From Patescibacteria group bacterium (lineage in GTDB: Bacteria; Patescibacteriota; UBA1384; CAJBMM01): a stretch of DNA of 64,000 bases. A program made the translations under genes and the position numbers. The stretch is taken from assembly GCA_041660565.1 (NCBI GenBank), contig JBAZWC010000001.1, forward strand, positions 70,197 through 134,196, written 5' to 3'. Below, in pieces: positions 17,482 through 25,379 of this stretch. The notes below the pieces were generated by a model. It was not told where the DNA came from, made no database searches, and saw only the letters and a list, made by a program, of their open reading frames with translations. Position 1 is the first letter of the stretch. Each line of letters starts with the position of its first letter.

Positions 17482-17555
17482 GGAGGGTAGGGCGCTGTTC
17501 GCGCCCGCCCTCCTCATTCCAAAGTTTCCAAAAGGTTTGGGGACTTTGTAGATGA
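17482..17555 (+). repeat. Cassette-end element 4
   Basis: 42-mer at 17514-17555 with a 5-nt loop (AAGGT). Confidence 0.92.
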
Positions 17556-17632
17556 ATTTAGACAGGTTGGTCGGTTCGTATGTGCATCATATTTTATGAA
17601 TCATATACGAGCTGGTTACCCTGCCAACTTGG

Positions 17633-17754
17633 CCCTCCTCGGGCTTATGCCGTTCAGGCGTAAGGGAAAAAGATGCGTATGGCGCATAGCCGCGCATCTG
17701 CTTTGTAGGCCATCTAAGCCGTAAGGCAAAGTTGACCGAACCCCTGGGAGGGGG
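17633..17754 (+). promoter_or_regulatory. Leader module C, copy 2
   Basis: Diverged homologue of 14083-14209. Confidence 0.7.
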
Positions 17755-17761
17755 AATAGAA

Positions 17762-18892
17762 ATGGCAACAATCGCCTTTCGCAAGAAGGGTGAGACGGCT
17801 GAGCTGCCGCTCACGGGAATCGTGGATCCGTCCACGGTGACAGTATGTGACACCGCGCCGAGTGGTGCGCCTGTTGCAAAACGGGACCGACTTCAGTATA
17901 AGTTGGTTCCCGTGCCGGAGGGGACGTTGCGCCTTCGGATCCCAGTCGTACAGATCCGGTCGTCGCAGCTGTACGACGGCTGGATGACAGCCCGGGAATT
18001 TTGGGATAACCACCCAGACTTCCGGGGCGCTATCCTTAATGTGGATAGCGGGTTAAGGGCGTTCAGTGTGATCAACACGCTGTTTGCCCGGTTCGAAGAC
18101 GTTTGGCCCGGGCACCCCGTCCCGGCCGATATTCTTGCCGCGAGGCAGGAGATCGCCGAGGAAAAGCGGCTGGCGGCCGCTGAGGAAGTGGCCCGCCAGG
18201 AAAGTCAAAGGTCGTGGGACGCTATGTTGCAGAAAACCCACGACCTGATTGCCCTGGTGATGGGCGATATACCAGAAATCGTTCGTCATCAGAACGAATA
18301 CTGGAGTTTCTCGGTGAGTTCAATGGAGAGGTCGGTTTCTCTCCATACCCTTATACAGGGTGTGCGCTTCTACTTTGTCGCTAAGCATAATGACGTGCAG
18401 GTGGCGGCAAGGAGGGTGCTTGCCCTCCGCGATGAGTGGCGCACCAGTCCTCCCGGGGGCTTCGTCTTTTCTCCTGATACCCAGACGTACTGGGATTTGA
18501 AGGAGGAGAGCTGGAGTGGGGGGTGGCGGCTGGACGAGTGGTGCCGTGTGGCCAAGTGGCTGCGCGAGCAACACGAGGCCGCCGAGAAGGCGGCAACCGC
18601 GGAAGAAGCGGAGGAGCGCCAGTGGCTCTTCCAGTTACGCGGGATCATGATCCCTCCCCTGTACGGGGAGCAGCTGGTGGCTGTCCCAATGGTGGATAGC
18701 CGCGCTTGTTCGCCCAACGAGGCTAACTGGTGGGGGCTTTACACCCCCGACGGCAAGCCATACCTGATCCGTCGCGGGATCCACGTCCGGTACAGCTCTC
18801 TTGAGGGGCTGATCCGGAACCACTATCGGGACGAGCGGGGGATCATGGAGGAAGCGCTTTTATTGCTTTCTTCATTGATCCACTCGCTGTAG
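17762..18892 (+). CDS. Cassette 5 hypothetical protein
   Basis: Start reassigned to MATIAF after the GGGAGGGGG RBS; 376 aa. Confidence 0.72.
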   Translation: MATIAFRKKGETAELPLTGIVDPSTVTVCDTAPSGAPVAKRDRLQYKLVPVPEGTLRLRIPVVQIRSSQLYDGWMTAREFWDNHPDFRGAILNVDSGLRAFSVINTLFARFEDVWPGHPVPADILAARQEIAEEKRLAAAEEVARQESQRSWDAMLQKTHDLIALVMGDIPEIVRHQNEYWSFSVSSMERSVSLHTLIQGVRFYFVAKHNDVQVAARRVLALRDEWRTSPPGGFVFSPDTQTYWDLKEESWSGGWRLDEWCRVAKWLREQHEAAEKAATAEEAEERQWLFQLRGIMIPPLYGEQLVAVPMVDSRACSPNEANWWGLYTPDGKPYLIRRGIHVRYSSLEGLIRNHYRDERGIMEEALLLLSSLIHSL

Positions 18893-18970
18893 CCCAAAGC
18901 GTTTTGGTAGTTTTTCGCATAATGAAACTAGCCACTGGGGTGGGGAAGAAAATAAATCTTCCTCACCCAA

Positions 18971-19024
18971 CTGTCCCCCGCAAGAAACGGGGCTGATGAG
19001 TCGTTGAAAATTACGACGAAACAG
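18971..19024 (+). ncRNA. Type III hammerhead ribozyme
   Basis: CTGT-C | CCCCG-CAAGAAA-CGGGG | CTGATGA | GTCGT-TGAAAATT-ACGAC | GAAA-CAG; all core residues present, GUC cleavage triplet. Confidence 0.88.
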
Positions 19025-19258
19025 ATAAGGAAATTAAATCAGCTTGAGCGTAAAAAACCAAGCATGCTCACCGACGGATTATAGCCGTTTTGGCACCGCA
19101 AGATTATATAATCGTTTTAGCAATAAGACGGTTGTTACTACCGAATCTTGCGGGACCAAAGCGGCTTTTTGAGTACCAAAATTCTAAATCCGAAGCACTA
19201 AATCCGAAGCACTAAATTCGAAACAAATTCGAAATTGAAAATTCAAAATCGTAAAACG

Positions 19259-19375
19259 GGCGGACATCCCCCTTCGCCACCTCCTACGCTACCTCCTACG
19301 CTAAAGCTTCGGAAGGTCAAGAAAGCTACGGAAGGTCAAGAAGGCTACGGAGGACAAGTATGAGTCCGCCCCTAC
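19259..19375. repeat. Multiply nested palindromic elements
   Basis: GGGCGGAC..GTCCGCCCCTAC host containing recursive CCTCCTACGCTAAAGCTTCGGAAGGTCAAG inserts; simpler version at 60546-60632. Confidence 0.85.
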
Positions 19376-19467
19376 GGTGCTCGTCAGGCTGACCGTAAGG
19401 TCTGGTGTTGATCAAAATGAACATATCTGTTAAAATAAGTACATTGGTAGCCAGAATATTAATAATT

Positions 19468-19543
19468 GCCGACGTAGCTCAGTTGGTAGAGCAACTGTTT
19501 TGTAAACAGTCGGTCCGCAGTTCAAGTCTGCGCGTCGGCTCCA
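19468..19543 (+). tRNA. tRNA-Thr(TGT)
   Basis: Canonical cloverleaf, anticodon loop TT-TGT-AA, CCA end. Confidence 0.95.
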
Positions 19544-19553
19544 AATAATTTGT

Positions 19554-19639
19554 GCCGGGATGGTAGAGTGGTCAATTACATCAGACTGTAAATCTGACGC
19601 CTTACGGCTTCGGAGGTTCAAATCCTTCTCCCGGCACCA
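19554..19639 (+). tRNA. tRNA-Tyr(GTA)
   Basis: Loop CT-GTA-AA, long variable arm, ACCA end. Confidence 0.95.
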
Positions 19640-19655
19640 TTTTTTGTTCGCATCT

Positions 19656-19731
<76 letters not shown>

Positions 19732-19744
19732 TTAAAATAGGATT

Positions 19745-20311
19745 GTGATGATTATTGGCATTACCGGATATTTGAGTGCGGGGAAGGGCGAGTCGGCTGA
19801 TTATTTAGCGTCAAAACACGGTTTTTCTAAGCGAGGATACGGTGATACCATCCGCGCCGAGATGACCGAAAATGGCATCGAACTTGGTCGCGACAACGAA
19901 TACGCCTATGCCAATAAGCTGCGCAGCGAACACGGGTTTGGCTACTGGACCAAAAAAATCGCTCAGTCTATTAATCCACAAGACAAGGTTGTAATTGAGG
20001 GGATTCGCAATAAGCTCGAAATCGAGGAGCTTAGTAAGGTCGCAGCGTTCAAATTAATATTTGTGGATGCACCAGTTGAGATGCGATATGAAAGAATGTT
20101 GTCGCGTGTTGGCCGTACCAACGAACCTAAGACCCTGGCGCAGTTTGTTGAGCAAGAAAACCGCGAGCGTCACAATACTGATCCAGCCAAACAGTCGATA
20201 GACGATTGTGTGGCAAAGGCAGATTTCAAAGTGCGAAACAGTGGTGATATTAACCAACTTCATCAACAATTAGACAAAATTGTAGAGGAAATAACAAATG
20301 ACCAAAGATAA
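19745..20311 (+). CDS. P-loop nucleotide kinase (dephospho-CoA/NMP kinase-like)
   Basis: IIGITG..SAGKG Walker A; VIEGIR; DAP.EMRYER. Confidence 0.8.
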   Translation: MMIIGITGYLSAGKGESADYLASKHGFSKRGYGDTIRAEMTENGIELGRDNEYAYANKLRSEHGFGYWTKKIAQSINPQDKVVIEGIRNKLEIEELSKVAAFKLIFVDAPVEMRYERMLSRVGRTNEPKTLAQFVEQENRERHNTDPAKQSIDDCVAKADFKVRNSGDINQLHQQLDKIVEEITNDQR

Positions 20312-20747
20312 TCGTCCAGATTGGGATCATTATTTTATGGAGATTGCCAAAATGGCGGCCACCCGTTCCACTTGTGACCGCAAACATATTGGCGCGGTGA
20401 TTGTTAAGGGCAAGAGCATCCTCTCTACCGGTTACAACGGCAGCGTGGCTGGAACAGATCACTGCGACGATGCAGGGCATTTGATGGAAGATGGTCATTG
20501 TGTGCGTACCATTCACGCCGAAGCTAACGCCATTGTTCAAGCGGCGCGTAACGGAGTAATGCTAGACGGGTCCACTTTGTACACATCTGCTAGCCCATGT
20601 TGGCCGTGTTTCAAACTGATTAGTAACAGTGGGATTAAAAAGGTGGTATTTGGTGAGTTTTATCGCGACGAACGCATTTTCGACGTCGCAAAAAAGATCA
20701 AAATTGAATTAGTAGATTTAAGTAATTCAGGGAAAGGAAAGAAGTAA
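20298..20747 (+). CDS. dCMP deaminase (ComEB family)
   Basis: RP.WD.YFM, RSTC, TGYNG, HAEANA and PCWPC motifs. Confidence 0.93.
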   Translation: MTKDNRPDWDHYFMEIAKMAATRSTCDRKHIGAVIVKGKSILSTGYNGSVAGTDHCDDAGHLMEDGHCVRTIHAEANAIVQAARNGVMLDGSTLYTSASPCWPCFKLISNSGIKKVVFGEFYRDERIFDVAKKIKIELVDLSNSGKGKK

Positions 20748-20911
20748 TGGCCAAGAAAGAAGCAAGAAAAACAGCGGTAATGATTTGTTCAGTGTGTGGT
20801 TTAAGTAACGTTCATAGTGAGCGCAACAGTACCAACACGCCGGAAAAATTGCAGTTGCAAAAATATTGCAAAGTTTGCCGCAAACGCACCTTGCATAAAG
20901 AAAAGAAATAG
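20747..20911 (+). CDS. rpmG: 50S ribosomal protein L33 (not in the ORF track)
   Basis: MAKKEARK..MICSVC....SERNSTNTPEKLQLQKYCKVCRKRTLHKEKK. Confidence 0.93.
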   Translation: MAKKEARKTAVMICSVCGLSNVHSERNSTNTPEKLQLQKYCKVCRKRTLHKEKK

Positions 20912-21040
20912 GTTGTATGATGGGAGGGGGAACATCACGATTTGTTATCGCAAAAGAATTGTAGATCACGCTTTAGCGTGTTAGAGAACCAATTTGAAAG
21001 CAAGCTAAAGCTTGGTCTACGGTCGTTCACGGAAAACAAT

Positions 21041-21111
21041 AGGGGATGTGCTGGGCACGGGCGGGTCTCCAAAACCTGCCTCGAAGCGTCCGATTCGCTT
21101 ATCCCCTGCCA
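21041..21111 (+). tRNA. tRNA-Trp(CCA), non-canonical fold
   Basis: AGGGGAT/ATCCCCT acceptor stem, CT-CCA-AA loop, GCCA end; position after rpmG. Confidence 0.8.
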
Positions 21112-21118
21112 AATAAAT

Positions 21119-21415
21119 TTAGAGATCGAGGACGTTTTCTTGATGAAGAATGTTTTTGCTCCAGTCCCATGTAGAATGGTTATCCCATGAAATCGATACA
21201 CAAACTGACAAAAGAATTAGAATTGCAATAATTACGTTGGCTAGGCCAACTTTTTCTTTGCCCAACCAAGCTCTAAGACCAACAAAAACCAGCAAAAGTG
21301 GCCAAAAATTGTACAAAATTGAGGCATCAACCTTAACGTATCCCAAATTTGTTAATAGCATTAACACACCAATTAAGATTAAGACGAATCCAAATAACGA
21401 AAATTGTCTAGACAC
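21119..21415 (-). CDS. LiaI/LiaF-like (DUF5668) membrane protein
   Basis: G.VLILIG.L.LL.NLG...FWPLLL..VGL pattern. Confidence 0.75.
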   Translation of the reverse strand: MSRQFSLFGFVLILIGVLMLLTNLGYVKVDASILYNFWPLLLVFVGLRAWLGKEKVGLANVIIAILILLSVCVSISWDNHSTWDWSKNILHQENVLDL

Positions 21416-21416
21416 G

Positions 21417-21827
21417 TTACTCCTTTATTTGTGGATTAAATAATATCATTAAACCAATTAGGATGAAGAAAATTGGCCAAAGCAGCCAAATTGCCAGGGC
21501 GAGAAAATTGGCGATTACTAACAGTATGCCAATAAATACCAGCGCCATGCCGATCATTTCGCTGTGTTTTCGCCAGTGAGACAAAGCAGACGAGTTAGAT
21601 GACTTTTGTGGTTGTTCCGGTTCTTTAGCTGCGCTGGCAGATTTTTCCGGTAGAATAACCAGTAAAATAATATATGCTATCACGCCTACGCCGTGTAGCA
21701 ATGCTAAAATAACAAATACTACGCGAATTATTGACACATCGATGTCAAAATAATCTGCCAATCCGGCACATACTCCACCAATCATTCCTTCAGCAGGGAT
21801 CTTGTACAATTGTTTGCTCATATTCAC
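21417..21827 (-). CDS. PspC domain membrane protein
   Basis: MIGGVCAGLADYFDID.SIIR...AYII..ILP. Confidence 0.88.
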   Translation of the reverse strand: MNMSKQLYKIPAEGMIGGVCAGLADYFDIDVSIIRVVFVILALLHGVGVIAYIILLVILPEKSASAAKEPEQPQKSSNSSALSHWRKHSEMIGMALVFIGILLVIANFLALAIWLLWPIFFILIGLMILFNPQIKE

Positions 21828-22043
21828 CTCAAGTCCATGTTAGCATATCAAATTTCAGTTGTTAACCAACATAGCTAGCTGTCATTTCGACTCCTCGAGC
21901 ATTGTCTCGAGGGTGGAGAAATCTCAAAAAGAATTTGAAGGGACTTTTTCTTAGATTTCTCCAACGTGGTCGCTCGAGCCGGCTCCCCGGGTCGAAATGA
22001 CACTATGATGACATCGCACATAAAATCAAATACACTAAAACTA

Positions 22044-23894
22044 ATGACTATTAATCAATACGAACAGCTAGCCAAAAGCTTGCGCTATTGGATTTTGCAG
22101 ATGACCTCTACTGCAGGCTCTGGTCATGTCACATCTTCGCTATCTGCGGTAGAGCTGATGGCCGTTTTGGCATCGCATTATCAATTTGACTTTGACCAGC
22201 CGCAAAATATGCACAATGACCGGTTGATTTTCTCTAAAGGTCACGCCAGTCCTTTATATTACGTGTTGTATGCGTGCATGGGGGCGATTGGCTTTGACGA
22301 GTTGTGGCGTTATCGTCAGCTTGATTCGACGTTGGAAGGGCACCCGACACCGCGATTTAAATACACTGATTTTGCTACCGGATCGTTGGGGATGGGGCTT
22401 GGGTTTGGATCTGGGTTAGCTTTAGGTTTAAGTCGACTTAACTCAACTGGGCGTGTTTTTGTTTTACTCGGCGATGGCGAACTGGCCGAAGGCTCGGTTT
22501 GGGAGAGCGCGGCATTTACCAGCCAGCATCATTTATCAAATCTCACAGCCATTGTGGATGTTAACCGTCTCGGGCAAAGTGCGGCCACGGCATATGGATG
22601 GGATATCAAAACTTATCAGCACAGATTCGAGGCGTTTGGCTGGCACGTAATAACGATCGACGGGCATAATATTAAAGAGATTGATGCTGCTTTCGGTCAG
22701 CTTGACTCACAAAAACCGACGGTTATTTTGGCTAAAACCGTTAAGGGTAAAGGCGTGTCCTACTTAGAAGATGAGCCAAATTGGCACGGCGTAGCATTAT
22801 CTGAGCCAGATCTTGATCAAGCCTTGTGTGAGCTGGGCGTGGTTCAGACTGATTTGACGGTAAAGGTCGCGGCTCCGAAAAAGACTATGTTGTTGCCAGA
22901 TACTACTGTTGCGATCAACGTGGTCGCTTCGGCAAACTCCCTGGGTCGAAATGACAAAGAAGGGGAGGTGCTCTCTCTGCGCCAAGTTTTTGGTCAAACT
23001 TTACAACAAATTTGCAAACAGAATGAAAAAATTATCGTTTTTGATGGCGATGTGGCTAACTCCACTTTCACCGCATTAGTCCGCGATAAACTGCCGGATC
23101 AATTTGTTGAAACTTACATCGCCGAGCAACAGATGATAGATGGCGCCGTCGGTATATCCAAAGCGGGGTTTTATCCGGTTGTCGCCACTTTTGCCGCATT
23201 TCTAACTCGCGCGTTTGATCAAATTCGCATGAGTGCCATATCAAATGCGAATTTACTGATTGTTGGTACTCATACCGGGGTATCGATCGGACAAGACGGA
23301 CCCAGTCAGATGGGGTTGGAAGATGTAGCGATGTTTTCGTCGATTCACCAGTCGACAATCATCTGCCCAGCCGACGCAATATCAACAGCAAAATTATTGC
23401 CAGAATTACTAAATCAAACCGGCATTAAATATTTGCGTCTGTTTCGGCCCGAAGTGCCAGCGCTTTACTCTATGGACGAGAAATTCGAGGTCGGTGGCAG
23501 CAAAATTTTACGAGAAAGCGCGGCCGATGTGGTGGCGATTATCGCCAGCGGGGTCACGGTTCATGAAGCGTTGAAAGCGTACGAAATGCTAAAAAATGAA
23601 AACATTGCGGTTAAAGTGGTAGATGCGTATTCCATTAAACCGATCGATACAGAAACGTTGCATCAAATATCGTCACAGGTAAAATATTTCGTTACGGTGG
23701 AAGACCATCGGTTGCAAGGCGGTTTAGGTGACGCGGTGTTAAACGCGTTTGTTGGCAGTAAATCAATTATCCCGCATATTACCAAATTGGGGATTGATGA
23801 GATTCCGCGTTCGGGCAAGCCTAATCAGCTAATGGACAAATATGGTATTTCCGCCAAAACAATCTATGATACAGTAAAGAAAATACGGAGTTAA
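22044..23894 (+). CDS. tkt: Transketolase (single-chain)
   Basis: SGH, SKGHA, LEGHP, GDGE..EG, IAEQ, GQDGPSQ and TVEDH motifs; start reassigned to MTINQ. Confidence 0.93.
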   Translation: MTINQYEQLAKSLRYWILQMTSTAGSGHVTSSLSAVELMAVLASHYQFDFDQPQNMHNDRLIFSKGHASPLYYVLYACMGAIGFDELWRYRQLDSTLEGHPTPRFKYTDFATGSLGMGLGFGSGLALGLSRLNSTGRVFVLLGDGELAEGSVWESAAFTSQHHLSNLTAIVDVNRLGQSAATAYGWDIKTYQHRFEAFGWHVITIDGHNIKEIDAAFGQLDSQKPTVILAKTVKGKGVSYLEDEPNWHGVALSEPDLDQALCELGVVQTDLTVKVAAPKKTMLLPDTTVAINVVASANSLGRNDKEGEVLSLRQVFGQTLQQICKQNEKIIVFDGDVANSTFTALVRDKLPDQFVETYIAEQQMIDGAVGISKAGFYPVVATFAAFLTRAFDQIRMSAISNANLLIVGTHTGVSIGQDGPSQMGLEDVAMFSSIHQSTIICPADAISTAKLLPELLNQTGIKYLRLFRPEVPALYSMDEKFEVGGSKILRESAADVVAIIASGVTVHEALKAYEMLKNENIAVKVVDAYSIKPIDTETLHQISSQVKYFVTVEDHRLQGGLGDAVLNAFVGSKSIIPHITKLGIDEIPRSGKPNQLMDKYGISAKTIYDTVKKIRS

Positions 23895-23896
23895 TA

Positions 23897-25276
23897 ATGG
23901 ATGAAAAACCCAAAGAACCGATGATAGAGCGAATCGCCGAAGCACCGGCAGAGGTTTTGGAAAAAACCGTCGAAATATCATCCAAAGTTGAGCACGCGGT
24001 AGTTGATCATGGCCCAATTAAAACCACGCGCGATTTTTGGCATAAATTAGGTCCGGGACTAACCACTGGTGCGGCCGATGACGATCCTTCCGGTATCACC
24101 ACCTATTCTCAGACCGGAGCTCAGTATGGCTTTGGGTTGCTTTGGTTGGCCGCCTTTACTTTTCCGTTAATGGCGATTGTGCAAGAAATGTGCGCACGTA
24201 TTGGCATGGTAACCGGGCAGGGCTTAGCGGCTAACATTCGGCATCACTTTCCCAAATCGATTATTTATATATGTGCGGTACTATTGTTTGCGGCCAACAC
24301 CTTTAACATCGGCGCAGACTTGGGGGCGATGGCGCAAGCAACTCAATTGTTAGCACCAAAGGCTAGTTTCGGATTATTAGTGGTTGGATTCACGGTTCTT
24401 TGCTTGTTGATGCAGGTATTTTTGAGCTACGCAACTTATGCCAAATATCTAAAATGGATGGCGTTGGTGTTGTTTGCCTATGTTTTCTCGGCGATTGCGG
24501 TGGGATTAAATTGGAACGATGTAATATTGCACACGGTTAAGCCCTCGCTTAATTTTTCTAAAGAGCAAATAATTTTGATTTGTGGTATTTTAGGTACCAC
24601 CATTTCTCCTTATCTATTTTTCTGGCAGACATCGCAAGAAGTGGAAGAGCAAATTTTGACTGGGCATACCTCAATCAAATCACGCCAATCAGAAGTTAAT
24701 GACGCGGAAATCAAAGATATGCGCATCGACATTTGGTCGGGGATGTTTTTGTCGAATATTGCGATGTTTTTCATTATTGCAGCCTGTGCAGCTACCTTAT
24801 TCCAGAACGGCATTAACAATATCGGTTCGGCGGCAGACGCGGCTGAGGCGCTTAGACCAATCGCCGGAAACGGCGCGTTTTGGCTGTTTGCTATCGGCAT
24901 TTTAGGTGTCGGTTTGCTTGGTATTCCGGTGCTGGCGGGTTCGGCATCATACGCGATTTCGGAGAGCATGGGTTGGCGTCAAGGACTGTATCGCAAACTC
25001 ACGTCTGCATATGCATTTTACGGCGTAATGATTATCGCCATGTTACTTGGGTTATCAATGAACTTTATTGGTCTTGATCCAATTAAAGTGCTAATTTATT
25101 CGGCGGTGGCCAACGGATTGGTGGCACCGGTAATTTTAGTGTTAATTGTGCTAATTGGGTCAAACAAAAAGATTATGGGCAGCAGAGTAAATCACCCCGT
25201 TACCACCTTTTTTGGCTGGTTAGTGACCGCGGTAATGGTGGTGGCCGGATTGGCGACCATATACTCATTTTTCTAG
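23897..25276 (+). CDS. NRAMP-family divalent metal transporter
   Basis: LGPG...GAADDDPSGI.TYSQ.GA and GTTISPY motifs; many TM helices. Confidence 0.9.
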   Translation: MDEKPKEPMIERIAEAPAEVLEKTVEISSKVEHAVVDHGPIKTTRDFWHKLGPGLTTGAADDDPSGITTYSQTGAQYGFGLLWLAAFTFPLMAIVQEMCARIGMVTGQGLAANIRHHFPKSIIYICAVLLFAANTFNIGADLGAMAQATQLLAPKASFGLLVVGFTVLCLLMQVFLSYATYAKYLKWMALVLFAYVFSAIAVGLNWNDVILHTVKPSLNFSKEQIILICGILGTTISPYLFFWQTSQEVEEQILTGHTSIKSRQSEVNDAEIKDMRIDIWSGMFLSNIAMFFIIAACAATLFQNGINNIGSAADAAEALRPIAGNGAFWLFAIGILGVGLLGIPVLAGSASYAISESMGWRQGLYRKLTSAYAFYGVMIIAMLLGLSMNFIGLDPIKVLIYSAVANGLVAPVILVLIVLIGSNKKIMGSRVNHPVTTFFGWLVTAVMVVAGLATIYSFF

Positions 25277-25379
25277 AAAGCAAATTAGGGGGTTAAGGGA
25301 GATTAGGGGGTAATTGGGTTTCCCCTTGTTATTTTACTCAGAGCACATATAATAGAATAGACAGAGGAGGAGCAACAAT

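Noticed and set aside
15076-17555. 41-mer repeats as a CRISPR array (their TTGTAGAT end resembles Cas12a repeats)
   Set aside because: Copies are 722-950 nt apart with whole ORFs between them, lack the AATTTCTAC half of the Cas12a hairpin, and no cas gene is in the window
15044-17555. Classical integron attC sites
   Set aside because: No consistent RYYYAAC...GTTRRRY core boxes and no intI in the window; only a functional analogy is retained
14105-18823. Many overlapping alternative-frame and antisense ORFs in the cassette region
   Set aside because: Expected in GC-rich DNA; only the five + strand ORFs have an RBS and fit the leader/end-element architecture
21966-22043. N-terminal extension of transketolase (and 8444..8530 of the CA-like gene)
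   Set aside because: Derived from repeat DNA; downstream ATGs fit better
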